Source: a candidate division FCPU426 bacterium
GTDB taxonomy: Bacteria > Oederibacteriota > Muellerivitia > Muellerivitales > Muellerivitaceae
Assembly: GCA_963738405.1 (NCBI GenBank)
Contig: CAVTWJ010000018.1
Location: 32,001 to 96,000, forward strand
Length of the DNA: 64,000 bases
Direction: 5' to 3'
This document shows positions 40,841 to 50,700 of this stretch, piece by piece. The translations under genes and the position numbers were made by a program. How positions within the stretch are numbered: position 1 is the first letter of the stretch; every line of letters begins with the position of its first letter. The notes beneath the pieces were generated by a model. That model ran no database searches. It was not told the DNA's origin and saw only the letters and a list, made by a program, of their open reading frames with translations.

Positions 40841-41368
40841 CTAAACCCTTCGAAACCGGGGAGGGGGCGTGGGGATGAAGGGATGGTTCAGTATGAAATG
40901 CACCGTTTCCCCTACCTTGCGGGTCGAGATACCCCACGCGCGGGTGTAGGTTCCCTCCTTGTCGGTTCTGGTGAAATAGGCCGGTACATTCTCGATGGGT
41001 TCTCCGGTGCTCAGGGTTTGTTTAACCGAGCCGCGGATGGAACATTGGGGGCATTCGGGGCTTTGGCCGCAGCCTTGGGCGGAATTGTGGCAGGAAAGAA
41101 AATCACCGCTTTTGAGCCCATAGGGGCGGTTTCCGGTAGGGTCGGTTAACTGGCGGCCCGAGCGGTTGCAGGCGACGACGCAAAGGTCTTTGTTAAAAAC
41201 CAGGCGGGGTTTTTCAAACTGATCCAGGGTTTCGCTGAGGGAGACGCCCCCATATTCGGCGATAAATTCATCGCCGCAGGCGGGGCAGAGGACGGGGCCA
41301 AGATCGGGATCGGTGTGGTTTTCGTGGGTTCCAACTAACTTATGGCAGTTCGAGCAGAGCACGTTCAT
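40841..41368 (-). CDS. Cys-rich PAS-like domain protein
   Basis: CSNC/CPAC, LD..P.LVFN.D..V...N, GDFLSCHNS..GCG.SPECPQCSIR..V..T..TGEP. Confidence 0.6.
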   Translation of the reverse strand: MNVLCSNCHKLVGTHENHTDPDLGPVLCPACGDEFIAEYGGVSLSETLDQFEKPRLVFNKDLCVVACNRSGRQLTDPTGNRPYGLKSGDFLSCHNSAQGCGQSPECPQCSIRGSVKQTLSTGEPIENVPAYFTRTDKEGTYTRAWGISTRKVGETVHFILNHPFIPTPPPRFRRV

Positions 41369-41482
41369 AGGGGACTCCCTTTAACTTCAGAATCTCCCCT
41401 AGTGCTCCCCTATGCTTCTATTATCCCCCGATTTGAAATAAATGGCATAAAAGACAATCCTGCCAAATTTGAGAAAAATGGA

Positions 41483-42157
41483 CTATTTGGGAATTTTTGG
41501 AAATTCCAGGTTGCTGGTCTGAAGGGCGCCCAAAAACCCAAACCATTTATCCATGCCCTCGCCGGTCTTGCAGGAAGTGGAAAAAAATCTCACTTGTGGG
41601 TTCAGCTTCAGGCAATCCTTTTGGGCCCGTTCGACATTGAAGTTCACATAGGGCAAAAGATCCACCTTGGTTAACACAATCGCGCCCGCGCGCAAAAAAA
41701 GCGCCGGGTATTTCATGGGCTTCTCATCGCCTTCGGCCACGCTTAACAGGGCCACCTTGATGTTTTCGCCCAGGTCGTAGGTGGAGGGGCAAACCAGGTT
41801 GCCGATATTTTCAATCACCAGCAATTTCACCTTCTCCAAATTCAAATCCCCCAACCGGTCCCGCACCATGGCGGCGGTCAAGTGGCAGGTGCCGTGGGTT
41901 TCAATCTGAACAGCCTGGCTTCCGGCGGCCTTGATGCGGTCGGCGTCGTAAGTCATTTGGATATCGCCGGTGATGACAGCCATTTCAGGTCCGTACCGCT
42001 TGGCCATAACCTCCAATAAAAAGGTCTTACCCGAACCCGCCGAACTGACCAGGTTCAAGACCGTCAGGCCCTTTTGCGCGAAGTATTCACGGTTTTCACC
42101 CGCAATCTGGTTGTTCAGGCTTTGCGCGGATGTTTTGACTTCAATTTTTTCACTCAT
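41483..42157 (-). CDS. hypB: Hydrogenase nickel-incorporation GTPase HypB
   Basis: SSAGSGKT, GTCHL, ENIGNLVCP, EGDEKPMKYP, TKVDL. Confidence 0.95.
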   Translation of the reverse strand: MSEKIEVKTSAQSLNNQIAGENREYFAQKGLTVLNLVSSAGSGKTFLLEVMAKRYGPEMAVITGDIQMTYDADRIKAAGSQAVQIETHGTCHLTAAMVRDRLGDLNLEKVKLLVIENIGNLVCPSTYDLGENIKVALLSVAEGDEKPMKYPALFLRAGAIVLTKVDLLPYVNFNVERAQKDCLKLNPQVRFFSTSCKTGEGMDKWFGFLGALQTSNLEFPKIPK

Positions 42158-42175
42158 GAAACACCTCACACCTCA

Positions 42176-42320
42176 ATTTTCACCACCAAGACACCAAGGC
42201 ACCAAGAAAATCAAAAGGCAAGTTTGGGAAAATCTTTTAAAAGTGGGTACTTAAAAACGGCTTTTTGGTTTTGCTGTACCCAAAAAATCGATTCTTACTT
42301 GGTCTTCCTTGGTGGTAAAT
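42176..42320. repeat. CACCAAG-periodic inverted-repeat element, copy 1
   Basis: ATTTTCACCACCAAGACACCAAGGCACCAAGAAAA ... degenerate CTTGGTCTTCCTTGGTGGTAAAT. Confidence 0.8.
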
Positions 42321-42335
42321 CCTCTTTTCTTTGGC

Positions 42336-42671
42336 CTATTCGTCGTTGACTTCAATGCTTTCCACCTGGCAGTCCTTGCCGTCGGTGATTTTTCGGTTGT
42401 AGCCCCCGCAGGAGGGACAAGATTCTGCCATGTTGGCGGTTACATATTGCCACCCGCAGGCGCAGACGAAGGTTGCGGGGATAAACTTGGCCTCTAATAA
42501 AACGCCCTTATAACCTTTATCCTTGAAGATCAATTGCAGGTACATTTCCAGCGAGTCATAGGAAATCCCTGAAAGGTCCCCAATGCTCAAATGGACCTTT
42601 TCAATATCCTTGCCCTGGCTGTTTTCGATCACCAGGTCGGCGATGTTAAGGGCCACCGAATATTCATGCAT
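42336..42671 (-). CDS. hypA: Hydrogenase nickel metallochaperone HypA
   Basis: MHEYSVA, IGDLSGI, CACG...CPSCG, GKD. Confidence 0.93.
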   Translation of the reverse strand: MHEYSVALNIADLVIENSQGKDIEKVHLSIGDLSGISYDSLEMYLQLIFKDKGYKGVLLEAKFIPATFVCACGWQYVTANMAESCPSCGGYNRKITDGKDCQVESIEVNDE

Positions 42672-42869
42672 GGAGCCGTCTCCTGGGGCCTATGGGAAAT
42701 TCACCCTCCCAAAATAATAGGGGGAAAGGCGGGAAACCCTTTAAGGTCCCCGTCATAATGAAAAAGGGTTCTAGGGTTTAAAGTTCACAGATTCCATTAC
42801 AATGAATTTTATTTATCTATATCAGGGAGATTAACGATGACCGAGACAATTTTAAAAAAAGGAGTTCGT

Positions 42870-43595
42870 ATGAAGGAATATCGAAAAACTTCACCATGGT
42901 TTCTTTTACTTTTTTGTTTTTTGGGGATGACGCTGCTGACCTCCTGCGCCTCCATTGGAAGGCAGTTTCAACTTGGGGGAGTGGATCAGATAACGGTGGG
43001 TTCGACGTCAATGAGCGAAGCCCGCGCTTTGTTGGGCAATCCTCTCCTTGAAATCGACGTTGCCACTTGGGGTTATAAACGTATGCATTTCGGCGATGAA
43101 TCGACGGCCACCCTTTGGAAATATATTTATGCCAGCGGGTCCATTCTTGGATCTAACGTAAAAACCTTGGAGGTGGAATTCAATAAAGACGGGGTTGTGT
43201 CCGATTATTATTTCACCAGCAGTTTTAATGAAGATAAGATCAACGAACCCAAAAATTCCGAAGAAAGGGATTTTGATATTTTCTTGGCCAAGGATCAGAT
43301 TATTCCGGGAAAAACAAACCAAATGGAAGTTTTGACCCTACTTGGCAAAGCCCGACGGGAGATGTCGATTAATAAACCCGGGACCCATGTGAGATGGATT
43401 TATGATTATCAGCATAAATCCAACGACGAGAAAGTGAATGTGCCGGTTTCCACGGCCTTTTCTACTCAAAATGTCGAAATTAATAAGTATTACGGAAAGT
43501 TTCTTTTTATCGATTTCAATCAGGATGGAAAGGTGGTTGATATTAGGGGTGAAAGTGATTTTCCAGCCGACAAGGATAAATTTTTTACGAAATAA
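42870..43595 (+). CDS. Lipoprotein with two tandem SmpA/BamE-like repeats
   Basis: Lipobox LLTSC; repeats DQITVGSTSMSEARALLGNP and DQIIPGKTNQMEVLTLLGKA, each followed by W.Y.Y and F..DG.V. Confidence 0.65.
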   Translation: MKEYRKTSPWFLLLFCFLGMTLLTSCASIGRQFQLGGVDQITVGSTSMSEARALLGNPLLEIDVATWGYKRMHFGDESTATLWKYIYASGSILGSNVKTLEVEFNKDGVVSDYYFTSSFNEDKINEPKNSEERDFDIFLAKDQIIPGKTNQMEVLTLLGKARREMSINKPGTHVRWIYDYQHKSNDEKVNVPVSTAFSTQNVEINKYYGKFLFIDFNQDGKVVDIRGESDFPADKDKFFTK

Positions 43596-43647
43596 TTTAA
43601 GAATGATTTTTTGGACTTGATTCCATGACGAGATGAGGAACAAAAAG

Positions 43648-44700
43648 ATGTCCGATAGCGGTTTTGCGCTCGATTGCCCCATCCCCTTCAGCGATTACGA
43701 CCGGGTGCTTTTGGCCCACGGCGGCGGGGGAACGCTGACCCAGCAGTTGATTGAAAAAATATTCCTGCCCGCCTTTGGAAACGCGCCCCTTTTAAAACGC
43801 CACGACGCCTCGGTGGTGACCCTGTCGGGCACCCGCATCGCCATGACCACGGATTCTTATGTGGTCAAACCCATCTTCTTCCCCGGGGGCGATATCGGAA
43901 AGCTGGCCGTTACCGGAACCGTGAATGACCTGGCCATGGCGGGCGCCAAGCCTCTTTACCTGACCGCCGGGTTCATCTTGGAAGAAGGGTTCCCCTTAGA
44001 CCAACTTTGGAAAATCGTCCAGTCCATGCGTAAAACCGCCGATGAGGCGGGAGTCACCATCGTTACCGGCGACACCAAGGTGGTGGATAAGGGAAAGGGC
44101 GACGGGGTTTTCATCAATACCTCAGGCGTTGGGGTGGTTGAGGGCTCTTGGGATATTTCACCGGCCTCTGTTAAACCCGGCGACACGGTGATCCTCAGCG
44201 GGGATCTGGGCCGGCACGGCATCGCCATCATGGCCGCAAGGGAAGGGTTGGAATTCGAGACAACATTGGAAAGTGACTGCGCCCTTTTGCACGAACCGGT
44301 ATTAGCCCTATTGAAAGCCGGGGTGGATGTCCACTGCTTGAGGGATCTAACCCGGGGCGGGCTGGCCTCGGCGGTCAACGAAATCGCCCAAGCTTCGAAG
44401 CATCCAATACTTCTTGATGAAGCGAATATCCCTATCCCCAAAGCGGTCAATGCCGCCTGTGAGCTTTTGGGGTTGGACCCCCTCTATGTGGCCAACGAAG
44501 GCCGGTTTGCCCTTTTTGTCCCCGAAAAAGAAGTTTCGAAGGCTTTGGAAATTCTCAAAGGCTTTGAAGTCAGCGCCCAAGCAGGGGTAATAGGGCAAGT
44601 TCTGGAAGGCCCCGGTAAATCCGTTCGGTTAAAGAGTGTTACGGGCGCGACAAGAATATTGGACCTTTTAAGCGGGGAACAGCTTCCCCGTATCTGCTAA
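43648..44700 (+). CDS. hypE: Hydrogenase formation protein HypE
   Basis: [42 protein letters not shown]-terminal PRIC. Confidence 0.96.
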   Translation: MSDSGFALDCPIPFSDYDRVLLAHGGGGTLTQQLIEKIFLPAFGNAPLLKRHDASVVTLSGTRIAMTTDSYVVKPIFFPGGDIGKLAVTGTVNDLAMAGAKPLYLTAGFILEEGFPLDQLWKIVQSMRKTADEAGVTIVTGDTKVVDKGKGDGVFINTSGVGVVEGSWDISPASVKPGDTVILSGDLGRHGIAIMAAREGLEFETTLESDCALLHEPVLALLKAGVDVHCLRDLTRGGLASAVNEIAQASKHPILLDEANIPIPKAVNAACELLGLDPLYVANEGRFALFVPEKEVSKALEILKGFEVSAQAGVIGQVLEGPGKSVRLKSVTGATRILDLLSGEQLPRIC

Positions 44701-44914
44701 GGTCTTAATCGTGGTAAAGATTTTCCCTTTGGGTCCAGCCTGTCATTTTGATGATCAGCTTCGTTGGAACATGTCGGTTTTTAACGATTTAAGGCCCCTT
44801 GAGAAGGTGATTCCGTCCCTTGGGGTTTTTATTAACCTAAAAGACCCTTGATTCGTCTAATCTTTAGTTAGAAAATAATCTTACAACGCTTCGATAAGCT
44901 ATTAGGAGGCAACT

Positions 44915-45328
44915 ATGGGTAGCGCAAAATTAAATCTATTACTTTCCCTCGCCGCCGTTGTCGGTTTGGCGATAGGGTGCAGTACCAAGCAGGTTCAAAC
45001 CACCGAGGTTCCGAAAGAAACGGCGCCAGTTGCGGCGGTTCCGACCCCGACCAGTTTAAAAGATTACATGGTGATGAAGCATGACACCCTTTGGGGCATC
45101 GCCGGCAAAAAGAGCATCTACGCTGATAACTTTGCCTGGCCCTTGATCTTCAAGACCAACCGCGACCTGATCACCGACCCGGATTTGATCTATCCCAAAC
45201 AGGATTTCAAAATCCGCACCGGTGTTTCGGACGACGACATGTCGGGAGCCCGCACCTTGGCTTCCAAGACGCCGAAGTTCACCCCCCACAGCGAACCCCG
45301 TTCCACCCTGCCGATCGATTATTTCTGA
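44915..45328 (+). CDS. LysM-domain lipoprotein
   Basis: Lipobox AIGC; YMVMKHDTLWGIA...WPLIFKTNRDLITDPDLIYPKQ. Confidence 0.85.
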   Translation: MGSAKLNLLLSLAAVVGLAIGCSTKQVQTTEVPKETAPVAAVPTPTSLKDYMVMKHDTLWGIAGKKSIYADNFAWPLIFKTNRDLITDPDLIYPKQDFKIRTGVSDDDMSGARTLASKTPKFTPHSEPRSTLPIDYF

Positions 45329-45343
45329 TGACCGCTGTCAATC

Positions 45344-45376
45344 AAGCCCGTCCCTCTAGGGGGACGGGCTTTTTTG
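45344..45376 (+). terminator. Intrinsic terminator
   Basis: AAGCCCGTCCC-loop-GGGACGGGCTTTTTT. Confidence 0.8.
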
Positions 45377-45410
45377 TTGAATGGGCCTTTTTTTCCGGGA
45401 GTGAAAAAGA

Positions 45411-45626
45411 ATGAGCGGCGACTTTAAAGAGGAAATCCAGCAAAGTGCCCTTCAGGCGGCCTTGAGGACACTGGAAGCCAAGACGGCTTCCTTGGTATGC
45501 CCCGTCCACGGCCAAAGCCCCAAGTTGAAGATGACCGAAGGGGGCGGCCCCGGAAAGCAAAACATGGGTTTTGATTGCTGCTGCGACGTGCTGGCCAAGA
45601 TGATGAAAGAAACATTAGAAAATTAA
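45411..45626 (+). CDS. Small hypothetical protein with CPxH...CCC motif
   Basis: GGGAG RBS; CPVHG and FDCCC. Confidence 0.6.
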   Translation: MSGDFKEEIQQSALQAALRTLEAKTASLVCPVHGQSPKLKMTEGGGPGKQNMGFDCCCDVLAKMMKETLEN

Positions 45627-45634
45627 AGGCGAAT

Positions 45635-45721
45635 CCACCACCAAGACACCAAGTACGGCAACCATTCTTATGTTTTAAACAATATTTTTTCTTGGTGCCT
45701 TGGTGTCTTGGTGGTGAAAAT
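45635..45721. repeat. CACCAAG-periodic inverted-repeat element, copy 2
   Basis: CCACCACCAAGACACCAAG ... TTTTCTTGGTGCCTTGGTGTCTTGGTGGTGAAAAT. Confidence 0.85.
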
Positions 45722-45776
45722 AGGTTTTGTTTTTAAGCTTTAAGTCTCAAACCCCAACATTCCCGAGGTAATCACC

Positions 45777-46793
45777 ATGGCTCAAAAAATCCGCTGGGGC
45801 ATCCTTTCCACCGGGGGGATCGCCCACGCCTTCGCCCAAGCCCTCAAGGTTTCCCAAACCGGCGTGCTCGCAGCCGTGGCCAGCCGGGATGAAAAGACGG
45901 CCTTGGCCTTCGCCCGCCAGTATCAAGCCCGCTCCTATTACGGTTCCTACGAAGAACTGTTGATGGACCCGGAAGTGGACGCGGTTTATATCGCCCCGCC
46001 CCATCCCTTCCACGCCGAGTGGGCGATTGAAGCGGCCAAGGCGAAAAAGCACATCCTGTGCGAAAAACCCCTGACCATGAACCCTCGGGATACCCAAGGG
46101 GTCTTGGAAGCGGCCAAGAAGCACCGGGTCTTTTTAATGGAAGCCTTCATGTACCGTTGCCACCCCCAGACTGAGCGGTTGGTTCAACTGATAGGGCAAA
46201 AAGCGGTGGGTGAGGTAAAGCTGATTGAATCGGTATTCAGCTTTAACCGGCCGCAGGATTTGAAACACCGGCTTTGGAACAAAAAGCTCGGCGGCGGCGG
46301 AATCCTCGATATCGGGTGCTACCCGGCCTCCATGGCACGGTTGTTGGCGGGGGCCGCCTCGGGCAAGCCCTTTTTGAACCCCTCGGTGGTGGCGGGAACC
46401 GGCGTGATTTCCAAATCAAGCCCCATCGACGAGCTTTCCGCCGCGTCGCTGAAGTTTCCCAACGGGGTGTTGGCCCAAATTTTCTGCGGGTTAAGCCTGG
46501 CCAAGGGCGTAGGCGTGACGGTTTGGGGATCGAAGGGGAAAATACACGCGCCTTCCCCCTGGCACCCGGGCAGATGGACGAAGGGCGTCTCGACGATTGA
46601 AATTCAGCTTTACGACAAGAAGCCCAAGGTCTTGAAAGTGGTGAAGGCCCTGAACCTTTACGCCGTTGAGGCGGATGAGGTGGGGCGCTGCCTATTAAAG
46701 GGTCTCAAACAATCGCCCCGCATGTCCTGGGCGGACACCTTAGGCAACGCTAAGACTTTGGAAGCATGGTTGAAGGCAGTTCATACGAAATAG
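45777..46793 (+). CDS. Gfo/Idh/MocA-family oxidoreductase
   Basis: RWGILSTGGIA, HILCEKP, MEAFMYR, GGGILDIGCY. Confidence 0.9.
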   Translation: MAQKIRWGILSTGGIAHAFAQALKVSQTGVLAAVASRDEKTALAFARQYQARSYYGSYEELLMDPEVDAVYIAPPHPFHAEWAIEAAKAKKHILCEKPLTMNPRDTQGVLEAAKKHRVFLMEAFMYRCHPQTERLVQLIGQKAVGEVKLIESVFSFNRPQDLKHRLWNKKLGGGGILDIGCYPASMARLLAGAASGKPFLNPSVVAGTGVISKSSPIDELSAASLKFPNGVLAQIFCGLSLAKGVGVTVWGSKGKIHAPSPWHPGRWTKGVSTIEIQLYDKKPKVLKVVKALNLYAVEADEVGRCLLKGLKQSPRMSWADTLGNAKTLEAWLKAVHTK

Positions 46794-46823
46794 GAATAGG
46801 CTGAAATTGTTTGGGGAGAGGAA

Positions 46824-47666
46824 TTACGCCGGGACCAGCTCGTCGTAGGTGCGGATGGTGTTGATAACTTCATCGATCAGATAATCCGGGGTCGAGGCCC
46901 CGGCGGTGATGCCGACCTTGGTTTTTCCCTCAAACCATTTGGGGTCCAGTTCCTGGGCGGTTTCGACGTGGTGGGTGGCATCGGGCAAAAAGGCCTCGCA
47001 AGTATCCGCCAGCTTGTGGGTGTTCGAAGAATTGCGGCCCCCGATGACGATCATGATTTGAACCTGCTGGGACAAAGCCGCCGCGGCGCTTTGCCGGTCT
47101 TTGGTGGGCTTGCAGATGGTGTTAACGGGTTTCACTTCCGAACAGCGCTCCCTTAACAGCTCCACGAAACGATCGAATTTTTCCATCAACAAGGTGCTTT
47201 GGCACACCACCCCGATACGGGCGCCTTGGGGCACCTGGGCGATATCCTCCTCGTTATAAACGATGAGGGGGTCCTTCATGCGGCTGGCGATGCCCTTCAC
47301 TTCCACGTGCTTGGGGTCGCCGATGATGACGATCTGAAAACCTTGGTCCTGCAGTTTTACGCCCTCGTTGTAGATCTTGGTGACCAGGGGGCAGGTGGTG
47401 TCGATGATCTCCATGCCCTTTTCTTTCATCGTGTCCAAAACCTTGATATCTAGGCCGTGGGCGGTGATGACGACCTTGTTGTCTTCCACATCCTCGAGGG
47501 AATGGACGATTTTCTTGTTGAGGGAGGCCAGCCGGGCCACTTCCTGGGGGTTGTGGATGAGGGAACCGAAGATGAAGGCCTTATCCATGGTTTCGGCCCT
47601 CTGGATGGCGCGCTTCACGCCGAAGCAGAAGCCGGCGGCGGTGGCGACGATGATTTCACGAGACAT
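46824..47666 (-). CDS. ispH: 4-hydroxy-3-methylbut-2-enyl diphosphate reductase
   Basis: AGFCFGVKRA, IHNPQ, AHG, DTTCPLV, HVEV, NTIC, SSNT, TAGASTPD. Confidence 0.95.
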   Translation of the reverse strand: MSREIIVATAAGFCFGVKRAIQRAETMDKAFIFGSLIHNPQEVARLASLNKKIVHSLEDVEDNKVVITAHGLDIKVLDTMKEKGMEIIDTTCPLVTKIYNEGVKLQDQGFQIVIIGDPKHVEVKGIASRMKDPLIVYNEEDIAQVPQGARIGVVCQSTLLMEKFDRFVELLRERCSEVKPVNTICKPTKDRQSAAAALSQQVQIMIVIGGRNSSNTHKLADTCEAFLPDATHHVETAQELDPKWFEGKTKVGITAGASTPDYLIDEVINTIRTYDELVPA

Positions 47667-47778
47667 ACAAGCTCCCCTGGGTTGAAACTGCCCGCGACCT
47701 TTAGGGCTTTGGGAAAAGCGATTATATATAATAGGGTCGAAAGAAAGCACCCTCCCCCCCTTTCCATGGAGCCAACCT

Positions 47779-50700
47779 TTGAGTTTTTCAATTTATTTAG
47801 GCCCCTATCGGCCTTTTCTCGAACGGTCACTCTTTGATGAGGTGAAGAATCTCCGGCAAAAAGACCCCCTGACGCCGCTGGTGGTGCTGGTTCCCAACCG
47901 CTTGCTGGTGCGCCATCTGCGGGAGGCTTTGGCGCAAGACCAGGGGAAAATTTTCAACATCCGGTTCCTGACCTTCCACCAATATCTGCTGGAAGCCACC
48001 GAGGGGAAATGGATTCAAGAGGGGTTTCGGATGCTTCCCGAATCCCTGGTGTCCTGGGTTTTGCGGGAAACGGCCAGGGGACTCAAGCCCGCATTAAGGT
48101 CCTTCAAGTCGGTGGAAGAAACCCCCGGTTTCCACAGGACCCTCCAGGCCACCCTTTCCGAACTTCGGCAAGCCGGAATCGACCCGGCGGACCTGAAAGA
48201 ATCCTCCCGCAAGATCGGGAAGGACAAGACCCGCAAGAGGCTTTCGGAAAAATGGGATGAATTTTCCAAAATTCTTTCAGCCTATGAAGCCTGGAAGCGC
48301 CAGGAGAAATGGAAAGACCGGGAAGACCTTTATGTCGACGCCCTGACCCTGCCGCCGCCCGAAACCCCGATTTGGGCTTACGGCTTTTATGACGCACCGA
48401 CGCTACAAAAAAAAGTGTTACTTCACTTAACAGCAAAACCTGAGATTGCCACGTCGCCAAACGCCCCGATTGGGGCGGCTCCTCGCAATGACAATAAAAT
48501 GGAAAATTATTGGTTTATTCCCTACGAAGACCATCCGGCTTTTGAATACGCCAAGCCTTTCGTGGAATGGGCGAAAGAATATGGGAACGTTAAAGGCGTC
48601 GGGAAATATGAAAGTGAAAAGAAAACGCCGTTAGGTAAGTTACAGAACAACATATTTAAAACCGAACAACCTCAAGGCACCCCTCACCCTGACCCTCTCC
48701 CTCAAGGGGAGAGGGCGGCTGGTGCTCTAAAGTTTGAGGACTCCGATGTGAAGATTCTTCTGTGTCCCGGTGAACCCCGTGAAATGCGGGAAGTGGTAAG
48801 GTCCATCACCGAGGAAGCCCAGAGGCAGGGAAGTTCCTTTTCCCAATGCGGGTTGATATTGCGGCAGTTCGATGCCTACCGCCGGGAAATCGTTCCGGCC
48901 TTCGACGGCCAGAAAATCCCCATCGCCAAAAAGCCCCCGGTCTTTTTGTTAGAAACCCCGGAGGCCAAGGCCTTTTTGCTTCTGCTCGAATGTTTCCAGA
49001 ACGAATTTCCACGTGAGACCCTGATGAATTTCCTATCCAGCCCCAACCTGGATCCTTCGGGTTTTGGCCTCAAGAGCGCCGACTGGAATCCTCATTTGTG
49101 GGACCAGGCTTCCAAGGAAGCGGGCATCGTGGAAGGCGAAGGCGCCTGGCTTGACCGCTTGCAGGACCATCTACATGAAGGTTCCGACCCCGAAGGGCGG
49201 GATGAGGAAAGCTTCTCGAAAGAAGAAAGGGAAACGCTGAAGGCCTTCCGAAACCAGGTGCTTCATACGCTCTTCCAAGGGCGGCGGTTGTTCGAGAAAG
49301 AAAAGAACTGGGTGGGTAAGACTCGGGTGCTTTTTGACCTGGTCGAAAAGATCTTCCGGCCTTCCGAGGCGAAGGAACAATTGAAGACCCTTCGACGCGG
49401 CGTGGAGATTCTTTCCAAAGATTCTTTCACGGTCGAGAAAGACGAGTTGGCTTCGCTTCTCACTGGACTCATGGATGAGGTATCAATCCCCTGGGAGATT
49501 TCCGGCTTCGGCGGGGTCGAGGTGTCGGACCTCATGCAGGCCCGGGGCGTTCCCTTTGATGTGGTGGTTTTGCCCGGCTTGGTGGAGCAGGGCTTTCCCC
49601 GTGTGCCCCGGCAAGACCCTCTTTTGTTGGATGAGGAACGGCGCTTGCTCAACGGCCTACTTGAAGGCAAGGCCCATATCCCCGAGAAATCGGAGGGCCG
49701 ATTGGAAGAAAAGCTTCTCTTTCTTCTCATGGCCCGAAGCGCCAAGAAATGCCTTATCCTCACCGCCTCACATTTGCATCCCGGCACGGGCGCACCAAGG
49801 GTTCCATCCAGCTACCTGCACGAGACCCTTCGGGCCGTAACCGGCCAACGCCAGGCTGAATGGGGCGCGGATTCCCCCTATATCAAGAAGGTCGCGGTGT
49901 CCGATTGGATCAGGGACGAGGGCGCCACCCGGGTCGATGACCTGGAAGAGGTGCTTACCCGTTTTCAGGAAGCCCGCCAGGGCAACCCCCTGCCCGCCCA
50001 GGCCTATTTGGAAGGGAAGCCCTTCTATCAGGAAGCACGGGAAATGCTTCAGGAACGGCAGGGCAAGCGTCGTTTCACCCCCTATGACGGGGTCTTTGAG
50101 GATGCCAAGACCATCGAAAGGCTCAGCCAGGAACATTCCCTGCAACATAAACCCCTTTCGGCCTCGCGTCTGGAAACCTACGCCACCTGCCCACTGCGCT
50201 ATTTCTACCGCTATGTGCTGGGGTTGAAGATCCACCCCGAGCCTGAGCGGGTCTTTCAGTTGGACCCGGCGGAAAAGGGAAACCTGATGCACCAGGTTTT
50301 GGAGGAAGTTCTTTCCCGGGGCGTGAAGGAAGGCTGGCTGAAAGAACGCGACCAGGAGAAGGCCCGCAAGGTTCTTGGCGAAGAGACCCAGCGCATCTTC
50401 AAAAAGTTTGAAAAGGAAGGCGTGCCCGGATCGCTGGCCTTGTGGCAGTGGAGCCAGTTAATTTTGACCCAGGACCTGGAAAGGGTTTTGCGGGAGGTTT
50501 TGGAAGACCCAAATTGGACTCCTGTCGATTTTGAAAAGGCCTTTGGCCGTCCGGGCCAAGCCGAAGTGGCCTTTACCTCCCCCGCCGGAATCTTTCGGCT
50601 GGAAGGCTTCATGGACCGGGTGGATGTAAAAGCGGACGGGAAACACTTAAGGGTCGTGGATTACAAATCGGGTAGCGCTATCGGGTTCAAGAAGAACAGC

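Noticed and set aside
42181..42206. CACCAAG repeats as a CRISPR array
   Set aside because: 8-nt tandem units with no spacers and no cas operon. The Cas4-like gene is solitary and distant.
49184..49200. CCGACCCCGAAGGGCGG hairpin in addB as a fifth insertion
   Set aside because: Too short and single-copy to support without an orthologue alignment.
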